Part shown: piece by piece, positions 61,510 to 64,000 of the stretch | How positions within the stretch are numbered: position 1 is the first letter of the stretch | Layout of the letters: each line of letters begins with the position of its first letter | NCBI RefSeq assembly: GCF_056746865.1 | Contig: NZ_CM163382.1 | DNA: 64,000 nucleotides | Reading direction: 5' to 3' (one strand) | The notes under the pieces: model-generated | Databases searched by the model: none | Seen by the model: the letters and a program-made list of their open reading frames with translations, nothing else | Told to the model about the DNA's origin: nothing | Translations under genes and position numbers: made by a program

Positions 61510-63210
61510 ATGCATCCCACAGGCCCGCATCTCGGGCCTGATGTTCTGTCTCGAGAGTCCAAAATGAAAGTGACATTAACGTTTAACGAACAACGTCGTG
61601 CGGCGTATCGTCAGCAAGGGCTATGGGGCGATGCTTCGCTGGCCGATTACTGGCAGCAGACCGCTCGTGCGATGCCAGACAAAATTGCCGTGGTCGATAA
61701 TCATGGAGCATCGTACACCTATAGCGCGCTCGATCACGCCGCGAGCTGTCTGGCAAACTGGATGTTAGCGAAGGGTATTGAATCAGGCGATCGCATCGCA
61801 TTTCAACTGCCTGGCTGGTGTGAATTTACCGTTATCTATCTTGCCTGCCTGAAAATCGGTGCGGTTTCCGTACCGCTGTTGCCTTCCTGGCGGGAAGCAG
61901 AACTAGTATGGGTGCTCAATAAGTGTCAGGCAAAAATGTTCTTTGCTCCGACGTTGTTTAAACAAACGCGTCCGGTAGATTTAATCCTGCCGCTGCAAAA
62001 TCAGCTTCCACAACTACAACAACTTGTCGGCGTGGACAAACTGGCTCCCGCCACCTCTGCTCTCTCATTAAGTCAGATTATCGCCGACAATACTCCTCTA
62101 ACCACGGCGATAACGGTCCACGGCGATGAATTAGCCGCGGTGCTGTTTACCTCCGGAACCGAGGGTCTGCCAAAGGGCGTGATGCTAACGCATAACAATA
62201 TTCTCGCCAGTGAGCGGGCTTATTGCGCGCGGTTGAATCTGACCTGGCAGGATGTCTTTATGATGCCTGCGCCACTTGGTCATGCAACGGGCTTTCTGCA
62301 TGGCGTAACGGCACCATTCTTAATTGGCGCTCGCAGCGTGTTGTTAGATATTTTCACTCCTGATGCGTGTCTCGCGCTGCTTGAGCAGCAGCGTTGCACC
62401 TGTATGCTCGGCGCAACGCCGTTTGTCTATGATCTTTTGAATTTACTGGAGAAACAACCCGCTGACCTTTCAGCGCTGCGCTTCTTTCTTTGCGGCGGGA
62501 CCACAATCCCCAAAAAAGTGGCGCGTGAATGCCAGCAGCGCGGCATTAAATTATTAAGTGTTTATGGTTCCACAGAAAGTTCGCCGCACGCAGTGGTGAA
62601 TCTCGACGATCCTTTGTCGCGCTTTATGCACACCGATGGTTACGCTGCCGCAGGTGTTGAGATTAAAGTGGTCGATGACGCACGCAAGACCTTACCGCCA
62701 GGTTGCGAAGGTGAAGAAGCCTCGCGTGGCCCCAATGTGTTTATGGGGTATTTTGATGAACCTGAATTAACCGCCCGTGCCCTGGATGAAGAAGGCTGGT
62801 ATTACAGCGGCGATCTCTGCTGCATGGATGAGGCCGGCTATATAAAAATAACCGGGCGCAAGAAAGATATTATTGTCCGCGGCGGCGAAAATATTAGCAG
62901 CCGTGAAGTAGAAGATATTTTATTGCAGCATCCTAAAATTCACGATGCCTGTGTGGTTGCGATGCCCGATGAACGTTTAGGTGAACGCTCATGCGCTTAT
63001 GTCGTGCTGAAAGCACCGCATCATTCATTATCGCTGGAAGAGGTGGTGGCTTTTTTTAGCCGTAAACGGGTCGCGAAATATAAATATCCTGAACATATCG
63101 TGGTAATCGAAAAACTACCGCGCACTGCCTCAGGTAAAATACAAAAGTTTTTGTTAAGGAAAGATATTATGCGGAGATTAACTCAGGATGTCTGTGAAGA
63201 GATTGAATAA
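61510..63210 (+). CDS. fadK: Short-chain acyl-CoA synthetase (anaerobic), AMP-binding family
   Basis: ORF 61510..63210 (566 aa) with AMP-binding signature; an alternative start at 61564 (MKVTLTF...) would give 548 aa. Confidence 0.88.
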   Translation: MHPTGPHLGPDVLSRESKMKVTLTFNEQRRAAYRQQGLWGDASLADYWQQTARAMPDKIAVVDNHGASYTYSALDHAASCLANWMLAKGIESGDRIAFQLPGWCEFTVIYLACLKIGAVSVPLLPSWREAELVWVLNKCQAKMFFAPTLFKQTRPVDLILPLQNQLPQLQQLVGVDKLAPATSALSLSQIIADNTPLTTAITVHGDELAAVLFTSGTEGLPKGVMLTHNNILASERAYCARLNLTWQDVFMMPAPLGHATGFLHGVTAPFLIGARSVLLDIFTPDACLALLEQQRCTCMLGATPFVYDLLNLLEKQPADLSALRFFLCGGTTIPKKVARECQQRGIKLLSVYGSTESSPHAVVNLDDPLSRFMHTDGYAAAGVEIKVVDDARKTLPPGCEGEEASRGPNVFMGYFDEPELTARALDEEGWYYSGDLCCMDEAGYIKITGRKKDIIVRGGENISSREVEDILLQHPKIHDACVVAMPDERLGERSCAYVVLKAPHHSLSLEEVVAFFSRKRVAKYKYPEHIVVIEKLPRTASGKIQKFLLRKDIMRRLTQDVCEEIE

Positions 63211-63266
63211 GTTTCATCTTCGGGGATCACATAAACCCGGCGACTGAACGCCGCCGGGGATTTATT

Positions 63267-64000
63267 TTATTTCTTCAGTTCAGCCAGGCTTAACCAGGTT
63301 TGCACCACGGTATCCGGGTTCAGAGACAGGCTATCGATCCCTTCTTCCATCAACCATGCGGCAAAGTCTTCGTGGTCGGACGGGCCCTGACCGCAAATCC
63401 CGACATATTTGCCCTGTTTCTTCGCGGCACGAATCGCCATCGACAGCAGTGCTTTCACCGCATCGTTGCGCTCATCGAACAGTTCAGACACCACTCCGGA
63501 GTCACGGTCCAGACCGAGCGCCAGCTGTGTCATGTCGTTTGAGCCAATTGAGAAGCCGTCGAAATATTCGAGGAACTGCTCTGCCAGCAAGGCGTTGGAC
63601 GGAATTTCACACATCATGATGATTTTCAGCCCGTTCTCACCACGTTTCAGCCCCTGACGCGCCAATTCGTCAACCACCGCTTTCGCCTGATCTACGGTAC
63701 GCACGAACGGGATCATGATCTCAACGTTGGTCAGTCCCATGTCGTTGCGCACACGTTTCACTGCTTCACACTCCAGCGCAAAGCAGTCGCGGAAGCTGTC
63801 GGAAACATAGCGGCCCGCGCCACGGAAGCCGAGCATCGGGTTCTCTTCATCTGGCTCGTAACGCTCACCACCGACCAGGTTGGCATATTCGTTCGATTTA
63901 AAATCAGAGAGACGGACAATGACGCGCTTCGGATAAAACGCGGCACCCAGCGTCGCGATCCCTTCAGTCAGACGCCCAACGTAAAATTCACGCGGAGAAT
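63267..64000 (-). CDS. ppsA: Phosphoenolpyruvate synthase, C-terminal part; the 5' end lies beyond the window
   Basis: Minus-strand frame is open from 63267 to the window edge; C-terminal sequence ...[18 protein letters not shown]; PEP-utilising enzyme TIM-barrel domain. Confidence 0.9.
   Translation of the reverse strand, partial: SPREFYVGRLTEGIATLGAAFYPKRVIVRLSDFKSNEYANLVGGERYEPDEENPMLGFRGAGRYVSDSFRDCFALECEAVKRVRNDMGLTNVEIMIPFVRTVDQAKAVVDELARQGLKRGENGLKIIMMCEIPSNALLAEQFLEYFDGFSIGSNDMTQLALGLDRDSGVVSELFDERNDAVKALLSMAIRAAKKQGKYVGICGQGPSDHEDFAAWLMEEGIDSLSLNPDTVVQTWLSLAELKK

Overview
This window reads as a core chromosomal segment of Escherichia coli K-12 (ydhK to ppsA, roughly the 1.72-1.79 Mb region of MG1655), not an accessory island. 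I see no evidence of a previously undescribed biological system. Gene identities come from recognising the translated ORFs and RNA sequences from memory; no database search was run. The window holds about 60 protein genes, two tRNA-Val genes (valV, valW), two small RNAs (rprA, and rydB placed approximately), and several terminators and regulator boxes. Landmarks include sodC, nemRA-gloA, rnt-lhr, sodB, purR, cfa, mdtK, the ydhYVWXUT operon, pykF, lpp, the sufABCDSE operon, ydiB-aroD and the ydiF/ydiO/ydiQRST-fadK cluster. Two things stand out against my recollection of the K-12 reference: a complete 1195-bp IS5 with 4-bp target duplication splits the MFS transporter gene ydiM, and valW carries a C at acceptor-stem position 4 opposite A69. 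The other findings are known but incompletely characterised loci and regulatory sites that I could locate directly in the sequence.
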